Notes under the pieces: generated by a model
Seen by the model: the letters and a program-made list of their open reading frames with translations, nothing else
What the model was told of the DNA's origin: nothing
Databases searched by the model: none
Source: a virus
Taxonomy: Duplodnaviria > Caudoviricetes
Virus record (IMG/VR): IMGVR_UViG_3300026382_000019
Location: 1-55,022 of that record
Length of the DNA: 55,022 nucleotides
Strand: one strand, 5' to 3'
Shown: piece by piece, positions 29,083 through 38,864 of the stretch
Position numbering within the stretch: the stretch's first letter is position 1
Layout: every line of letters starts with the position of its first letter
Translations under genes and position numbers: made by a program

Positions 29083-29970
29083 TCATATTTGATAACTTTC
29101 TATCTGCTTAATAATTGTATAAGTTTCATCAGAAGGATATCCAAGAGGATTGCATAGAATACGAATACCTTCTTTGGTATAGTCTAGTTCTTGATGGGTA
29201 TGTCCGTGAATATGAATATTGCATCCTGACATTTTTAAAAGTTCTATATTATCAGTATAATAAAATACATTATTTGGGTCATTTATGTATTCATCGTGCA
29301 TTCCTTGAGATTTTGTAGGCTCATTCAATGCCACATGAGTGATAAAAACATCACATTTTTGCTTTGCTACCTCGATAAGTTTTGCTTTCTCTTTCAACCA
29401 AAAATCTTGAGTTTTCCAGTTTAGTGTAGGTTGCTCATATAGCGTGCTTCCATAGTAATTTCCATAAGGTTTTGGAGCAAAACCAGAGTAAATCTTGCGA
29501 GAATCATTCATAACTTTTTTCCATCTTTCAATGTCAGATGATACTTCAAGGTTGTACCATGAACCAGTTCCACCAAATTTTACACCATTAATTTCAACAA
29601 CATTTCCATCTAAATAATGTACTCCTAACTCTTCACAAATTTCTTTTAATTCTACTAAACGATTTTCTGATTTTGAATCATATTTTGAAATCTGCCCATT
29701 TGATACGAGGTGCATATCATGGTTTCCAAAAACGATTATAATATCATTATAGATTTTCTTTAGTTCTATCAGAAGTGCTTTTGTTTGATTATTGTAATGA
29801 CCTAAATCTCCAGCAATAATTAGAACCTCACCTGGTTCATAATCTTTATCTGCTGGCATTATGACATTCTCTATAAAATCTTGCAGTTGGACTTTAAACT
29901 TCAGTTTTGAAATGTCCTTTTCTTTTATCCAGAAATCAGCGTGAATATCAGATATAAAATCTATTTTCAT
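29083..29970 (-). CDS. Calcineurin-like metallophosphoesterase
   Basis: SDIH, AGD, GNHD, THV, HGHTH, NPLGYP. Confidence 0.88.
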   Translation of the reverse strand: MKIDFISDIHADFWIKEKDISKLKFKVQLQDFIENVIMPADKDYEPGEVLIIAGDLGHYNNQTKALLIELKKIYNDIIIVFGNHDMHLVSNGQISKYDSKSENRLVELKEICEELGVHYLDGNVVEINGVKFGGTGSWYNLEVSSDIERWKKVMNDSRKIYSGFAPKPYGNYYGSTLYEQPTLNWKTQDFWLKEKAKLIEVAKQKCDVFITHVALNEPTKSQGMHDEYINDPNNVFYYTDNIELLKMSGCNIHIHGHTHQELDYTKEGIRILCNPLGYPSDETYTIIKQIESYQI

Positions 29971-29985
29971 CTTTGCTCCTTTTTA

Positions 29986-30252
29986 TTAATCTCTTTCCAT
30001 TATTGCTTCGCCTATCGCTGTAATCACCATACTAATTCCTAAGAACAGTAAACCACCAAACAACATAAATAATCCTGTGCTAATTGCTCCTGCCGTTAGT
30101 GGTCCAGCGAACCAAGGCATTGCCACCGCTCCTGTTAATTTTAATATAGTCATGATTACCACTGTAATTAACCAATACCTCATTGCTATTGCTGAACCTA
30201 ACATTCCCATAGCGCCTGTAATTCCTGTTATTAATCCGATCATTGCTTGCAT
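29986..30252 (-). CDS. Small membrane protein
   Basis: Largely hydrophobic 88-aa ORF with AAGGA RBS. Confidence 0.65.
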   Translation of the reverse strand: MQAMIGLITGITGAMGMLGSAIAMRYWLITVVIMTILKLTGAVAMPWFAGPLTAGAISTGLFMLFGGLLFLGISMVITAIGEAIMERD

Positions 30253-30266
30253 ATCTTTCCTTTTAT

Positions 30267-30650
30267 TTAATCTTTGTATATTCTCATATAAGCTTTTCCA
30301 TCACCTTTTTTATTAAAATAATCTAAAGCACTGAAGTGAAATTCCGTGCCGTCAACCGTGATTGTTCCTTCTATATCTTCAACAGGAGCAGCAGGATTTT
30401 GTTTAAAATTATATTTTTTCAGGAAATTTCTAAGTTCAATCTTATCTTCATAAGAGAATTCACTATCAACAAATTGCCACATATTGATAGTAGCTCCTAA
30501 CATAGAACTTGTCTTATCTTTTAACTTTCCTTTAGGTTTTTTCCCTACTTTCTTTAATGCCAAAATTATTACCGATTCTGCAAAATCCCAATCTTCATCT
30601 TTTTCTTTGCTAAATAATCCTTCACTTATAAATTCTTTGAATGTTTTCAT
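30267..30650 (-). CDS. Putative internal head protein
   Basis: CTS-like start MKTFKEFISE; TATAAATA at 30673-30680. Confidence 0.6.
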   Translation of the reverse strand: MKTFKEFISEGLFSKEKDEDWDFAESVIILALKKVGKKPKGKLKDKTSSMLGATINMWQFVDSEFSYEDKIELRNFLKKYNFKQNPAAPVEDIEGTITVDGTEFHFSALDYFNKKGDGKAYMRIYKD

Positions 30651-30685
30651 TTTTTATCTCCAAGTTTTCTTTTATTTATATAACT

Positions 30686-31954
30686 CTAAAATACCCATTC
30701 AATTTCAGAGAAATTAGTATAATTTGGCACCATAAAAGATTTCATCATATTCTGAATTACAAAATCAGGAATAGATTTTCCTGTTTCTTGTTCTCTTTTT
30801 ATCAGTCGTCTTTGAATCTCATTATAAGAAGTAGCAAATACAATAGCCTTAGCTCTGTATTTTTTATTGCATTTATTTACCCATTTTCTTTGAGATTTTG
30901 AACTACAATTTGTCATATCAATAATCATATTTTGTTTGTTATTAAATGCTTTTTTGAAATTATCTTCCAATACTTGATCAATAATTTTTTGGTCTTCATC
31001 TGTTAATTCTTTCCAGACTTCTGAATAATTCCCTTGAATTCCATTTGCTTCTGCAAATTCCATAAGGACATTATCCCGAGAAATAATCACAGGAGCAGAT
31101 TCTGGTGTATAACATCTATTCCCAAGAAATGTTGATTTGCCTGACCCTGGAACACCAATGAGAACTTCAATCCAAGGTTTATTTTCATTATCTTCAGAAA
31201 CTTCTTTGATTTTTGCTACTTGCTCTGCTTTATAGTCTAAGAATTGTTCTTCTGTAAAAATCTCTGTGCCAAGTCTATATGCATTATTTTTTCTTCCATC
31301 TTTAGAGACAAAAAACCTTCCAAGGCTATCACATTTTACCTGAGTAACAAATGCATTGAATAGATTCACATCATCGAACTTATCAAACACTTTATATGGT
31401 TTCTTCATTTTTCCATTTTCGTCAATGTTATCAAAAAGAGAACCATGTTTGCTTATAATGATTAAACAATCTTGAACCTCTTTTAATGTAAGTACGCCAT
31501 ATTCCTGAAGTTTTTGAAGTGGTTCAATTACTAGATAAAAACTAACACCTTCGTGTCCTCTGAATGCTGTCCTTTTCACACTCTTTGGTATGATTCTTTG
31601 TGTGCTAGATGATTTTCCATCAAATTTACCTTCATCTCTGATTTCATTTGATTCTGTAAAAACAGGCTTCTTAGCTTCAAAATCAAGTTCAATTCTTGCC
31701 ATAGGTTTGCCAATATCATGCAATAAAGCACAGATTTTATTAATTTTTGGAACATCCATAATCTCTGCTCTCTGACAAACTAACATAGTATGACAAAAAA
31801 CATCCCCGCAAATATGGTATGGGTTTGGCTCATCTCCTGTTACAGCATGGTCACTGTTTTTCATAGCATCAGCCAATTCAGTAAATTCTACTTGGAACCA
31901 ATGAATAAGCTCATTTACACTTGGGTCTTTTATATCTCTAAAATATTTATTCAT
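30686..31954 (-). CDS. HD-domain / polynucleotide kinase fusion (RNA end-healing enzyme)
   Basis: H..GDV..HT, LLHDIGKP, GHE; C-terminal GVPGSGKST, SRD, IIDMTN. Confidence 0.82.
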   Translation of the reverse strand: MNKYFRDIKDPSVNELIHWFQVEFTELADAMKNSDHAVTGDEPNPYHICGDVFCHTMLVCQRAEIMDVPKINKICALLHDIGKPMARIELDFEAKKPVFTESNEIRDEGKFDGKSSSTQRIIPKSVKRTAFRGHEGVSFYLVIEPLQKLQEYGVLTLKEVQDCLIIISKHGSLFDNIDENGKMKKPYKVFDKFDDVNLFNAFVTQVKCDSLGRFFVSKDGRKNNAYRLGTEIFTEEQFLDYKAEQVAKIKEVSEDNENKPWIEVLIGVPGSGKSTFLGNRCYTPESAPVIISRDNVLMEFAEANGIQGNYSEVWKELTDEDQKIIDQVLEDNFKKAFNNKQNMIIDMTNCSSKSQRKWVNKCNKKYRAKAIVFATSYNEIQRRLIKREQETGKSIPDFVIQNMMKSFMVPNYTNFSEIEWVF

Positions 31955-32013
31955 TCTATATCTTCCTTTTCTTTTAATACTATAATTATAACCAACCTTA
32001 TCTTATAATTACT

Positions 32014-32370
32014 TTAAGTTTTCATCTTTTCTGCTGCATATTCTAAAGCTTCTTCAAAACCACAACCACCATTGTAAAATCTAACTAAATATTCAAAAGT
32101 TCCATCTGAATTCTGTTTCATTATAAATAAGTCATCATCATCTCTAAAACACTCATCTTCTATGATATAAATTTTTCCTTTTATTTCTGAATATTCTTCT
32201 ATATCCCAGAATAATTCATTGATATCATTATCTGTTAAATGTTCTTTTGACTTAAGGCCTAAAACCCATTTCCAATCTCCTGAATAATTATCTAAAAAAT
32301 CTTTAACAACTTCTTCTTTTGTTAAATCAGTTGGTCTAAGTATACCTTTGTGTGTTTCATAATCTGACAT
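32014..32370 (-). CDS. Hypothetical protein
   Basis: GAGG RBS; FYNGG motif. Confidence 0.65.
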   Translation of the reverse strand: MSDYETHKGILRPTDLTKEEVVKDFLDNYSGDWKWVLGLKSKEHLTDNDINELFWDIEEYSEIKGKIYIIEDECFRDDDDLFIMKQNSDGTFEYLVRFYNGGCGFEEALEYAAEKMKT

Positions 32371-32411
32371 TATGCTTCCTCTCTTTTATTTTCTAAATTA
32401 TCCCAAGCCAT

Positions 32412-32630
32412 CTAAGCCACTCTATTAAGAATTATATCTTTGTAAACTTCAATCTTATCAATTTTTTTGTATACCCATTGAGTGGGATATCCCTCAAAAT
32501 TTCTATCATAATCCCTAAAGTCTTTAGTTCTTAATGATTTTATCATGTTCTCATAAGTTTTATTACCCTTGATGCTATTTCCATTAATTCTAGTTTCAAT
32601 TAAAGCTTCTATTTTTTCAAAAGGTTTCAT
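32412..32630 (-). CDS. Hypothetical protein
   Basis: TAATG-coupled ORF. Confidence 0.55.
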   Translation of the reverse strand: MKPFEKIEALIETRINGNSIKGNKTYENMIKSLRTKDFRDYDRNFEGYPTQWVYKKIDKIEVYKDIILNRVA

Positions 32631-32815
32631 TATACTTTTCTCTCTGCTCTAATTTCTGCCAATATTAACTCAGCTTCATCATAAGTAATGCAATCTGAAG
32701 CAAAAACTATTCCACTAATTATATCATTATCAGTTAACATATATCCAATATCACTATCACGTTTAAAGTCTAAAGCTGCATTTATATGTTTTCTTAGTTT
32801 CTTAGAAATTTTCAT
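32630..32815 (-). CDS. Hypothetical protein
   Basis: AAGGA RBS with an early promoter upstream. Confidence 0.6.
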   Translation of the reverse strand: MKISKKLRKHINAALDFKRDSDIGYMLTDNDIISGIVFASDCITYDEAELILAEIRAERKV

Positions 32816-32873
32816 TTGTTATCCTTCTTTGTTATATATAATTATATCCATATATACATTAAAGTAAGCTTAA

Positions 32874-33111
32874 TTAAATAAGTAATTCCAAATTATCTTT
32901 GATGAGTTTGGCTAACCAATATTTGGTACTTTCTAACTCTCTATCACATCCACCAGTATCATAGCCTTTGGAATCTTTTGACTTCCAAGAGTTATATATT
33001 TTATGTAATTCTGCATATTTCTGAACTCTTTGTTCGAGTTCAAGCTCTTTTTTGTGCCCTCTCAAAGACCTCATCAAAATATTTTGAATTAATGTTATCT
33101 AGCAAGGTCAT
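32874..33111 (-). pseudogene. Small gene apparently frameshifted in an A6 run
   Basis: ATG 33111 gives MTLLDNINSKYFDEVFERAQK; removing one A at 33048-33053 joins it to ELELEQRVQKY...LELLI. Confidence 0.4.
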
Positions 33112-33117
33112 TTAAAT

Positions 33118-33390
33118 CTATTTTTCTTTAAGGGGCTTTTCTACCACAAATGGATTTCCAATATCAAGACTATTAAAATAATCTGTCTGAACAGCATAAG
33201 ATATGTTTCCAACTATAAGTCCTAAAGTTATAATTATAGTTGAAATTATGGGAACAATCTGTCCAAGACCTTCTGTTCTGACTGTTATATAAATGAAAAA
33301 ACCAAAAACTATAAAGTTTACCCAAATAGGTAAAGCTGTTCCAACCATAACACCAACCACAAATAATATTCCACCTAAAATTAATTCCAT
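33118..33390 (-). CDS. Membrane protein
   Basis: Two to three hydrophobic segments. Confidence 0.65.
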   Translation of the reverse strand: MELILGGILFVVGVMVGTALPIWVNFIVFGFFIYITVRTEGLGQIVPIISTIIITLGLIVGNISYAVQTDYFNSLDIGNPFVVEKPLKEK

Positions 33391-34031
33391 TTTCTATCCT
33401 TATAAAAATTCCAATTCATCAACAACCAAGTTGTGAACGCTGAGTTAATTACTAAAAATATTCCTAAAGTCCAACCTAATGGCAAGAAATATAAAGTAAC
33501 AGTACTAATTAATAAACCAATCAAGGCTCCGTCAGCCCAAGACCCATTTCTGACAATCTGAAAACGAGACATAGATTTCGGATAATGGTCAGCTATATAA
33601 TTATTAAGAGTAATTGAGTAAGCACTAATAATGGCAGTTTCAAGTAAAGCGAAAATGCTATCAGCATAAATCATAATAATAGGACTAAAGAAATATAATC
33701 CGGCACTTAAAGTATATAAAATATGCAAAATAACTGTCATTTTATATAAGCTATCCATAGAGAAAGTATGCACAAAAATCTCATTAGATTTTACGGCAAG
33801 CATATCTCCTATTTTGAATAAGGCAATAATCCAAGCTAACATAATCTGTCCTTGAAGAACAGTTAAAACAGGCAAAAGCATAGAGAAACCAAAAGCTACG
33901 ATAAAAGAATTTATAAGTCTGAATTTAGTTATCTCATCGAACTCCTTAAAAGCCCTTAATGTTTTGGGAAGATTAAAAATATTCATAGAATTAAAAAATC
34001 TTCCAAATAAAATTTTAGTTTTTCTGGTCAT
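33381..34031 (-). CDS. Multi-pass membrane protein (half-MFS-like, about 6 TM)
   Basis: About six hydrophobic helices in 216 aa. Confidence 0.6.
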   Translation of the reverse strand: MTRKTKILFGRFFNSMNIFNLPKTLRAFKEFDEITKFRLINSFIVAFGFSMLLPVLTVLQGQIMLAWIIALFKIGDMLAVKSNEIFVHTFSMDSLYKMTVILHILYTLSAGLYFFSPIIMIYADSIFALLETAIISAYSITLNNYIADHYPKSMSRFQIVRNGSWADGALIGLLISTVTLYFLPLGWTLGIFLVINSAFTTWLLMNWNFYKDRKWN

Positions 34032-34305
34032 TATATTCCTTTATATCAGCCTTAATATATTTTTTTGTTTTCTGAATCTTTTCTCTAAATATAACAGCTT
34101 GTGAATAAATAAAAGTTTTAGGAAAGATTTCTTTCAAAGCGCTGTTAGAATTTGTACGATTCCTATATTCAGAAACAACAATACTAATTCCTCCTTGTAG
34201 CAAAAATCCTTTTCTAAGGGCGTCATTTACTTTCTCTTGTAAATCATAAGCACTCTCAGCAGATAAAATATCATATATTGTTCTATATTCCATCACACCC
34301 GCCAT
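34015..34305 (-). CDS. DUF1737-like protein
   Basis: Y.IL......L..KVN.AL..GF.LQGGI...YSQAVI. Confidence 0.6.
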   Translation of the reverse strand: MAGVMEYRTIYDILSAESAYDLQEKVNDALRKGFLLQGGISIVVSEYRNRTNSNSALKEIFPKTFIYSQAVIFREKIQKTKKYIKADIKEYNDQKN

Positions 34306-34621
34306 GAAGAGGACAATTACAGTTAATTATTTTCTCATAACCAAATCTTTCATTATTATCCATAACAGGACAAGAACAGTTTTGAAATTTAAATGTCCAA
34401 GTATGATATAAAGGGTCTTTATCAAAATTCCAATTTTCTTGAAGTCGAAATTCTAAATCTTTCATTTTCTTAGCATAATACTTCCCTGTCTCTTTAATGT
34501 TTTTGTCAGATTTCTCTTCATCAAAAAGTCTTTCTAATTCTTTATATAGTCTATCTAGGTTTTTTCTTTGTTCTTCTGTGATTTTTTGTTTTTCTGCCAA
34601 TGTCTCATTTAAAATAGCCAT
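34283..34621 (-). CDS. Phage protein with a Cys/His cluster
   Basis: LQENWNF, CSCPVMDN, CPLHG. Confidence 0.65.
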   Translation of the reverse strand: MAILNETLAEKQKITEEQRKNLDRLYKELERLFDEEKSDKNIKETGKYYAKKMKDLEFRLQENWNFDKDPLYHTWTFKFQNCSCPVMDNNERFGYEKIINCNCPLHGGCDGI

Positions 34622-34837
34622 TTTCTATCCTTTAATTTTTTACTAAAATGTCATAATAAATATCAAATATTTCTGAGACATCTTCTTTGTCTAATTCTGT
34701 TGTAGAATTTTCTGAATCTGTATATATTAAAATAAGCTTAATTATTCGCCAAATTCCTCTTTTAATTTTAAATATTTAATTCTTCTTTTTTCCTTCTCTG
34801 TTATTATATCTTATGTCACGCAATTAAGTTTTTCATC

Positions 34838-36022
34838 CTATAATCCTTCGATGTATTCTTTTGCTTTTCCTAAACTATTTGTATATTTATTCATATATGC
34901 TCTTACCTGTACTTCAGCAACCTGATTAACATCTCTGAAAGATGTGTTTAAAGATTTCATAACATATCCAAATAATGGCTCCTTGGAATATTTAAGAGCA
35001 AATTCTTTTCTATTTTCAGAAAATTCATTGAAATATTTTCCTCGTAGGCCTTTGAAAACATTGATTAAATGATTGAAATTATGAACAATTTTTCTATCCA
35101 TTTCAATCATTTTATCTTTTTTCTCGCCTGGCACTAATTGAGCAATAACATCATCCATATTTCCATCTAGGATTGTTTGTATTAACAGATTTTCTCTGAA
35201 AGCATCTGGGCCAATAATTCCATGCAACTGAATATAATGATCCGTTTTGATCTTTGCCATTTGACCATCCTCAAAAGTTACAACCCAGCCTTCAATATTT
35301 TCTTGAGAGGTTTTTTTATAATATAGCAAAGTATCCAAAACTGTATGTGCACCAACCTCTTTTCCTTTCTCCAATAGATCATCAATATCAAAAACTTTTG
35401 CTTGATTAACACACATAACCATTGAATACCATTTCAAATCCTTTTCTGACATATAGGTACCATCTTCATTTCTAATTTGGAGCAAAACCAATTCAGTTTT
35501 TTGATATTCAAGAACGATTTGGTTTTCTGGTGATACCAGTTCAAACACAGGAGTTTTTCCTTTTGATAGCAAATAATCAACTTCCTCTTTCATTATTGAT
35601 TTTCTGTCAAAAAATTCTTGTGCCATTTTAGCTTGATCAGATTCAAATGATGTTTTAGATTTTGCTCTTATTGAACCATTCGGGAATTTAACGAAGGAGA
35701 TTATCGAACCATCCTCCTTGTTTTGTACTCTTGTTATTTTTTTGTTGTCTAGGTCTTCAGGCATCCACCCTTCAGTTTGTGAATAATTGAAGAATTTTTG
35801 AAGCAAAAGATTTCTTTCCCATTCCCCAGTTTCAGGATTTTCGACAAATGTTAAACCACGAAGCTCAAATGCTTCATCATCAACAAAATCACCAATTGAT
35901 GCAAGACGATAATCATAGATTGCAACATTAAAGCCTTCTACTACTCTATCAGCTCTCAAAAAAGCATCGTTTCTCGCAACAACAGCGTCACATTCTTCTT
36001 TTGTTTTTAAGTAATATTTCAT
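34838..36022 (-). CDS. rnlA: RNA ligase 1 (T4 Rnl1-like)
   Basis: ELRGL, KFFN, motif I KEDGS, FEL, EGWVV, KIK. Confidence 0.88.
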   Translation of the reverse strand: MKYYLKTKEECDAVVARNDAFLRADRVVEGFNVAIYDYRLASIGDFVDDEAFELRGLTFVENPETGEWERNLLLQKFFNYSQTEGWMPEDLDNKKITRVQNKEDGSIISFVKFPNGSIRAKSKTSFESDQAKMAQEFFDRKSIMKEEVDYLLSKGKTPVFELVSPENQIVLEYQKTELVLLQIRNEDGTYMSEKDLKWYSMVMCVNQAKVFDIDDLLEKGKEVGAHTVLDTLLYYKKTSQENIEGWVVTFEDGQMAKIKTDHYIQLHGIIGPDAFRENLLIQTILDGNMDDVIAQLVPGEKKDKMIEMDRKIVHNFNHLINVFKGLRGKYFNEFSENRKEFALKYSKEPLFGYVMKSLNTSFRDVNQVAEVQVRAYMNKYTNSLGKAKEYIEGL

Positions 36023-36135
36023 TTATTTTCCTTTATCTCTTTATGTTATAATTATAACAGGTTAATATTGAACTTAGTTTAATATTATGTGTTCAATAAC
36101 TTTATTATGAGTATTAAATACTTGTGCTCATATTA

Positions 36136-36546
36136 TTACCACCCATGTTCTCTCATCCATCTTTCATTTTTTTCTTTAACATGATCCAAATATTTGCTAT
36201 ATTCGGGAGGCGTCATATCGTAATATGCTTCATCTTCTCCTGCTTCATCGCTATCATAATAAGCATAGTTTGATACTTTTTTTAATCTTTCAATTTCTCT
36301 TTCTTCTTCAACTATTTTATAGTGCTCTTTACAAGTCATACTATCAATTCTTTTATTCTTTTTTATAGGTTCTTCATCCGTTATTTTGTGACACTCTTTA
36401 CAGGTCATACCATCAATTCTTTTATTCTTTTTTATAGGTTCTTTATGTGGTATTATAATTTCTTCATCTGCAGTAATAATTTTTATGCCGGTTGTGTTCA
36501 TCCCTTTAGATTTTAATAATTCTGTTATTTCTTTAATCCTAGTCAT
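36136..36546 (-). CDS. Hypothetical protein with an internal duplication
   Basis: Two 23-aa repeats. Confidence 0.6.
   Translation of the reverse strand: MTRIKEITELLKSKGMNTTGIKIITADEEIIIPHKEPIKKNKRIDGMTCKECHKITDEEPIKKNKRIDSMTCKEHYKIVEEEREIERLKKVSNYAYYDSDEAGEDEAYYDMTPPEYSKYLDHVKEKNERWMREHGW
36306..36443. repeat. 69-bp tandem duplication
   Basis: EPIKKNKRIDGMTCKECHKITDE / EPIKKNKRIDSMTCKEHYKIVEE; 36325-36374 and 36394-36443 differ at two positions. Confidence 0.85.
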
Positions 36547-36600
36547 TTTTATCCTTTAAACTTTATTTAGAGTATTCATGATTTTTCCTCTAGTATCTTA

Positions 36601-37146
36601 TCAATCGTTTTGATATTTTCCAGGCCATATTGGGATTGTTTTTATTCTTATGACTTTTTCTTTTCTTTTTGTTTTTAAATTTATTAAAGCATTTGTTCTT
36701 GCGCTAAATTTATCTTTATTTGCTTCTTGTTCTAATTTTGCCAATGTTATATTACTTCCATCTGGTAAAAAATATGGGTCAAATCCATATCCTTTATCTT
36801 TACTTTCAGGAATTATAATTCCATTTACTATTCCTTTGTAAATTTCTATTTTATTTCCTGTATTATATCCTAACATAACTTGCCAAGAAGCTTTAATAGT
36901 ATTTCCTTTTGGTAATTTTTTTAATTCTTGGATTTTCCATTTAATATCAACAATTTCTTCATCTTCAATAATTAAAATAGTATCTTCGACTACGGTTCCT
37001 TTTCCTGCTTCAAGTGATTTATAAATTATAACTTCTTCGGGGGTTCCTTGAACTTCTTTTAAATCTAATCCTTTTAATATTTCCATTTCGGGTAAGATTC
37101 TTTGAAATTCTTTAAGTTTTGTTTCATTTGATGACACTAATTTCAT
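36601..37146 (-). CDS. HAM1/RdgB-family non-canonical purine NTP pyrophosphatase
   Basis: SSNETKLKEF, EDT, GYGFDPYF, SAR..AL. Confidence 0.85.
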   Translation of the reverse strand: MKLVSSNETKLKEFQRILPEMEILKGLDLKEVQGTPEEVIIYKSLEAGKGTVVEDTILIIEDEEIVDIKWKIQELKKLPKGNTIKASWQVMLGYNTGNKIEIYKGIVNGIIIPESKDKGYGFDPYFLPDGSNITLAKLEQEANKDKFSARTNALINLKTKRKEKVIRIKTIPIWPGKYQND

Positions 37147-37207
37147 TTATTATCCTTTTGTTTCTTATGTAATAATTATAACATAAAGATACTTAGAATA
37201 ATCTTAA

Positions 37208-37399
37208 CTAATACTCAGATCCTTTCTTGAATATAACCATTTCCTCTTTATTATCTCTCCAGTATCTCATCACTTCTTTAACGGAAAAGCTCAATAGTTC
37301 TGTATCGCCACACCCATTAACATCTAAAGTTCCCACATCAATATTGCCATGTTCTTTTTTGATTGCTTTAAGCTTTTTAATCATATCTTTAATTTTCAT
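37208..37399 (-). CDS. Hypothetical protein
   Basis: ATGA-coupled ORF. Confidence 0.55.
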   Translation of the reverse strand: MKIKDMIKKLKAIKKEHGNIDVGTLDVNGCGDTELLSFSVKEVMRYWRDNKEEMVIFKKGSEY

Positions 37400-37827
37400 A
37401 TATAAACCTTTTCATTATTTTTCTGTAATTGGATATATTCTTTAATAGGAGTCTTTTTTCTTCTTTTCAGAAATTTTTCAAATAATTTATCTACCAATTT
37501 TTCATGTTCAATGGCTTCTTTGTTATTTTTCTTATAAATCTTTTCATACAATTCTTCGAAGGCATCCATTATAAGGATATATTCTCTATCGTCTGAGATA
37601 TTTTTTATTTGGGTTTCATTATAATCAGGTGATAGATTTATTATTATTTCTCTTTCCCCTATTCTTGCTGTAAAATATGTAGCTTCTTTATTGACATATA
37701 ATTGCATACCATTAATATCTTCGATTAAGCCTGACTCCTTGGTTTTGACTATTTCTTTTCTTATAAAAGAAGCTAGTTTCAGAAAAGGCTTTTTAAAATC
37801 TTTTTCTGTATAACTACTCATATTCAA
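37396..37827 (-). CDS. Hypothetical protein
   Basis: Operonic ORF. Confidence 0.6.
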   Translation of the reverse strand: MNMSSYTEKDFKKPFLKLASFIRKEIVKTKESGLIEDINGMQLYVNKEATYFTARIGEREIIINLSPDYNETQIKNISDDREYILIMDAFEELYEKIYKKNNKEAIEHEKLVDKLFEKFLKRRKKTPIKEYIQLQKNNEKVYI

Positions 37828-38294
37828 TTTCCCATTATTTTATCAAATACAGTCCAATTTGGTGAATATCGTGAATGCTCTTTAACAGCACTATATCCTG
37901 TTTTATATGCATAGACATCGCCGTCAAAATTAACAATACATTCAACAGCACAAGCAACACCAGCACTTCTACTTTGCCCTGCCATACAATGAACTAAGAA
38001 GTTTCTATCTTTATTTCTTTCAATAAATTTTCTTATAAATTTTCCTTGTTCATCAGTAATAGGTGTGTATTTTCCTATTGCTTCTTCAATATCCCAAAAT
38101 CTTATTTCAAGAGTTTCATCGTAACTTCTCATAACCATTTTATTGTGAAATTCAATATCTGGATCATGGATACAGATTATGGCAGTATTACCTGGAATTA
38201 GCCCTTCGTTATGCAACAATAAAAATTCTTGCCTTGATACTATTCCTTGGAACAGATCATTTTTTAGATAATTTTTCAATTTGAGTGTTGTCAT
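37824..38294 (-). CDS. Protein tyrosine / dual-specificity phosphatase
   Basis: CX5R loop VHCMAGQSRS; upstream F.DI acid; PN motif. Confidence 0.85.
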   Translation of the reverse strand: MTTLKLKNYLKNDLFQGIVSRQEFLLLHNEGLIPGNTAIICIHDPDIEFHNKMVMRSYDETLEIRFWDIEEAIGKYTPITDEQGKFIRKFIERNKDRNFLVHCMAGQSRSAGVACAVECIVNFDGDVYAYKTGYSAVKEHSRYSPNWTVFDKIMGN

Positions 38295-38551
38295 TATATT
38301 TTGGTTCCTTTAAAATATTTCTTAAATACCCACATCTCGGCATCATCCTTTGATTTAAAAATGTATTTTTCATTGCAATCCCCATAATACATATCTCCTG
38401 ATACATCATACAATACTTCTTTATCTATAAATATAACTCAACTAATACTACCAGATACAATTCTAATACTCTCTAATGTGGCTTTACTAGACCATGGGAG
38501 AACAACTAGATATACCTTATCTTTTATGTTAAATTTTGAATTATTTTTCAT
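38294..38551 (-). pseudogene. 85-codon gene with an in-frame TGA at codon 38
   Basis: MKNNSKFNIKDKVY...GSIS*VIFIDKEVLY...IFKSKDDAE...GTKI; coupled at both ends (ATGA and TAATG). Confidence 0.55.
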
Positions 38552-38787
38552 GATATAATATCTTCCATATTAATAGTCAAAGTATTTCTTGACATTCTTC
38601 TTGACTGAGCCAATGACATATAAGGTCTAAGTTCTTTTGCAGATTTAGCAATGTATTTTTCTAAAATCATTTGTGCGTTTACTGCAGGTAATTCTGAACC
38701 AGTTTCTAATGCTTTTAGTAATGCTCTTTTAAAATCAACTAACTCTGTTCTCATTGCTATGATTGTTTCTGTATTTACTGTTCTCAT
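38548..38787 (-). CDS. Hypothetical protein
   Basis: First gene behind an early promoter. Confidence 0.6.
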   Translation of the reverse strand: MRTVNTETIIAMRTELVDFKRALLKALETGSELPAVNAQMILEKYIAKSAKELRPYMSLAQSRRMSRNTLTINMEDIIS

Positions 38788-38864
38788 TTTCTAGCCTTTA
38801 TGTTTTTGTTATATAATTATAACCAGTATATCATTAAAGCCTGCTTAAATTGATCCAAAATGGC

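Noticed and set aside
34625-34800. Protein-like fragments without start codons (also 28990-29085)
   Set aside because: Probably deletion remnants; too short to call.
36306-36443. Direct repeats here and at 54809-54960 as a CRISPR mini-array
   Set aside because: In-frame coding duplications with periods divisible by three and no unique-spacer architecture.
29083-38551. Genome-wide TGA recoding
   Set aside because: Only one internal TGA was found, long genes are intact under the standard code, and TGA ends several genes.
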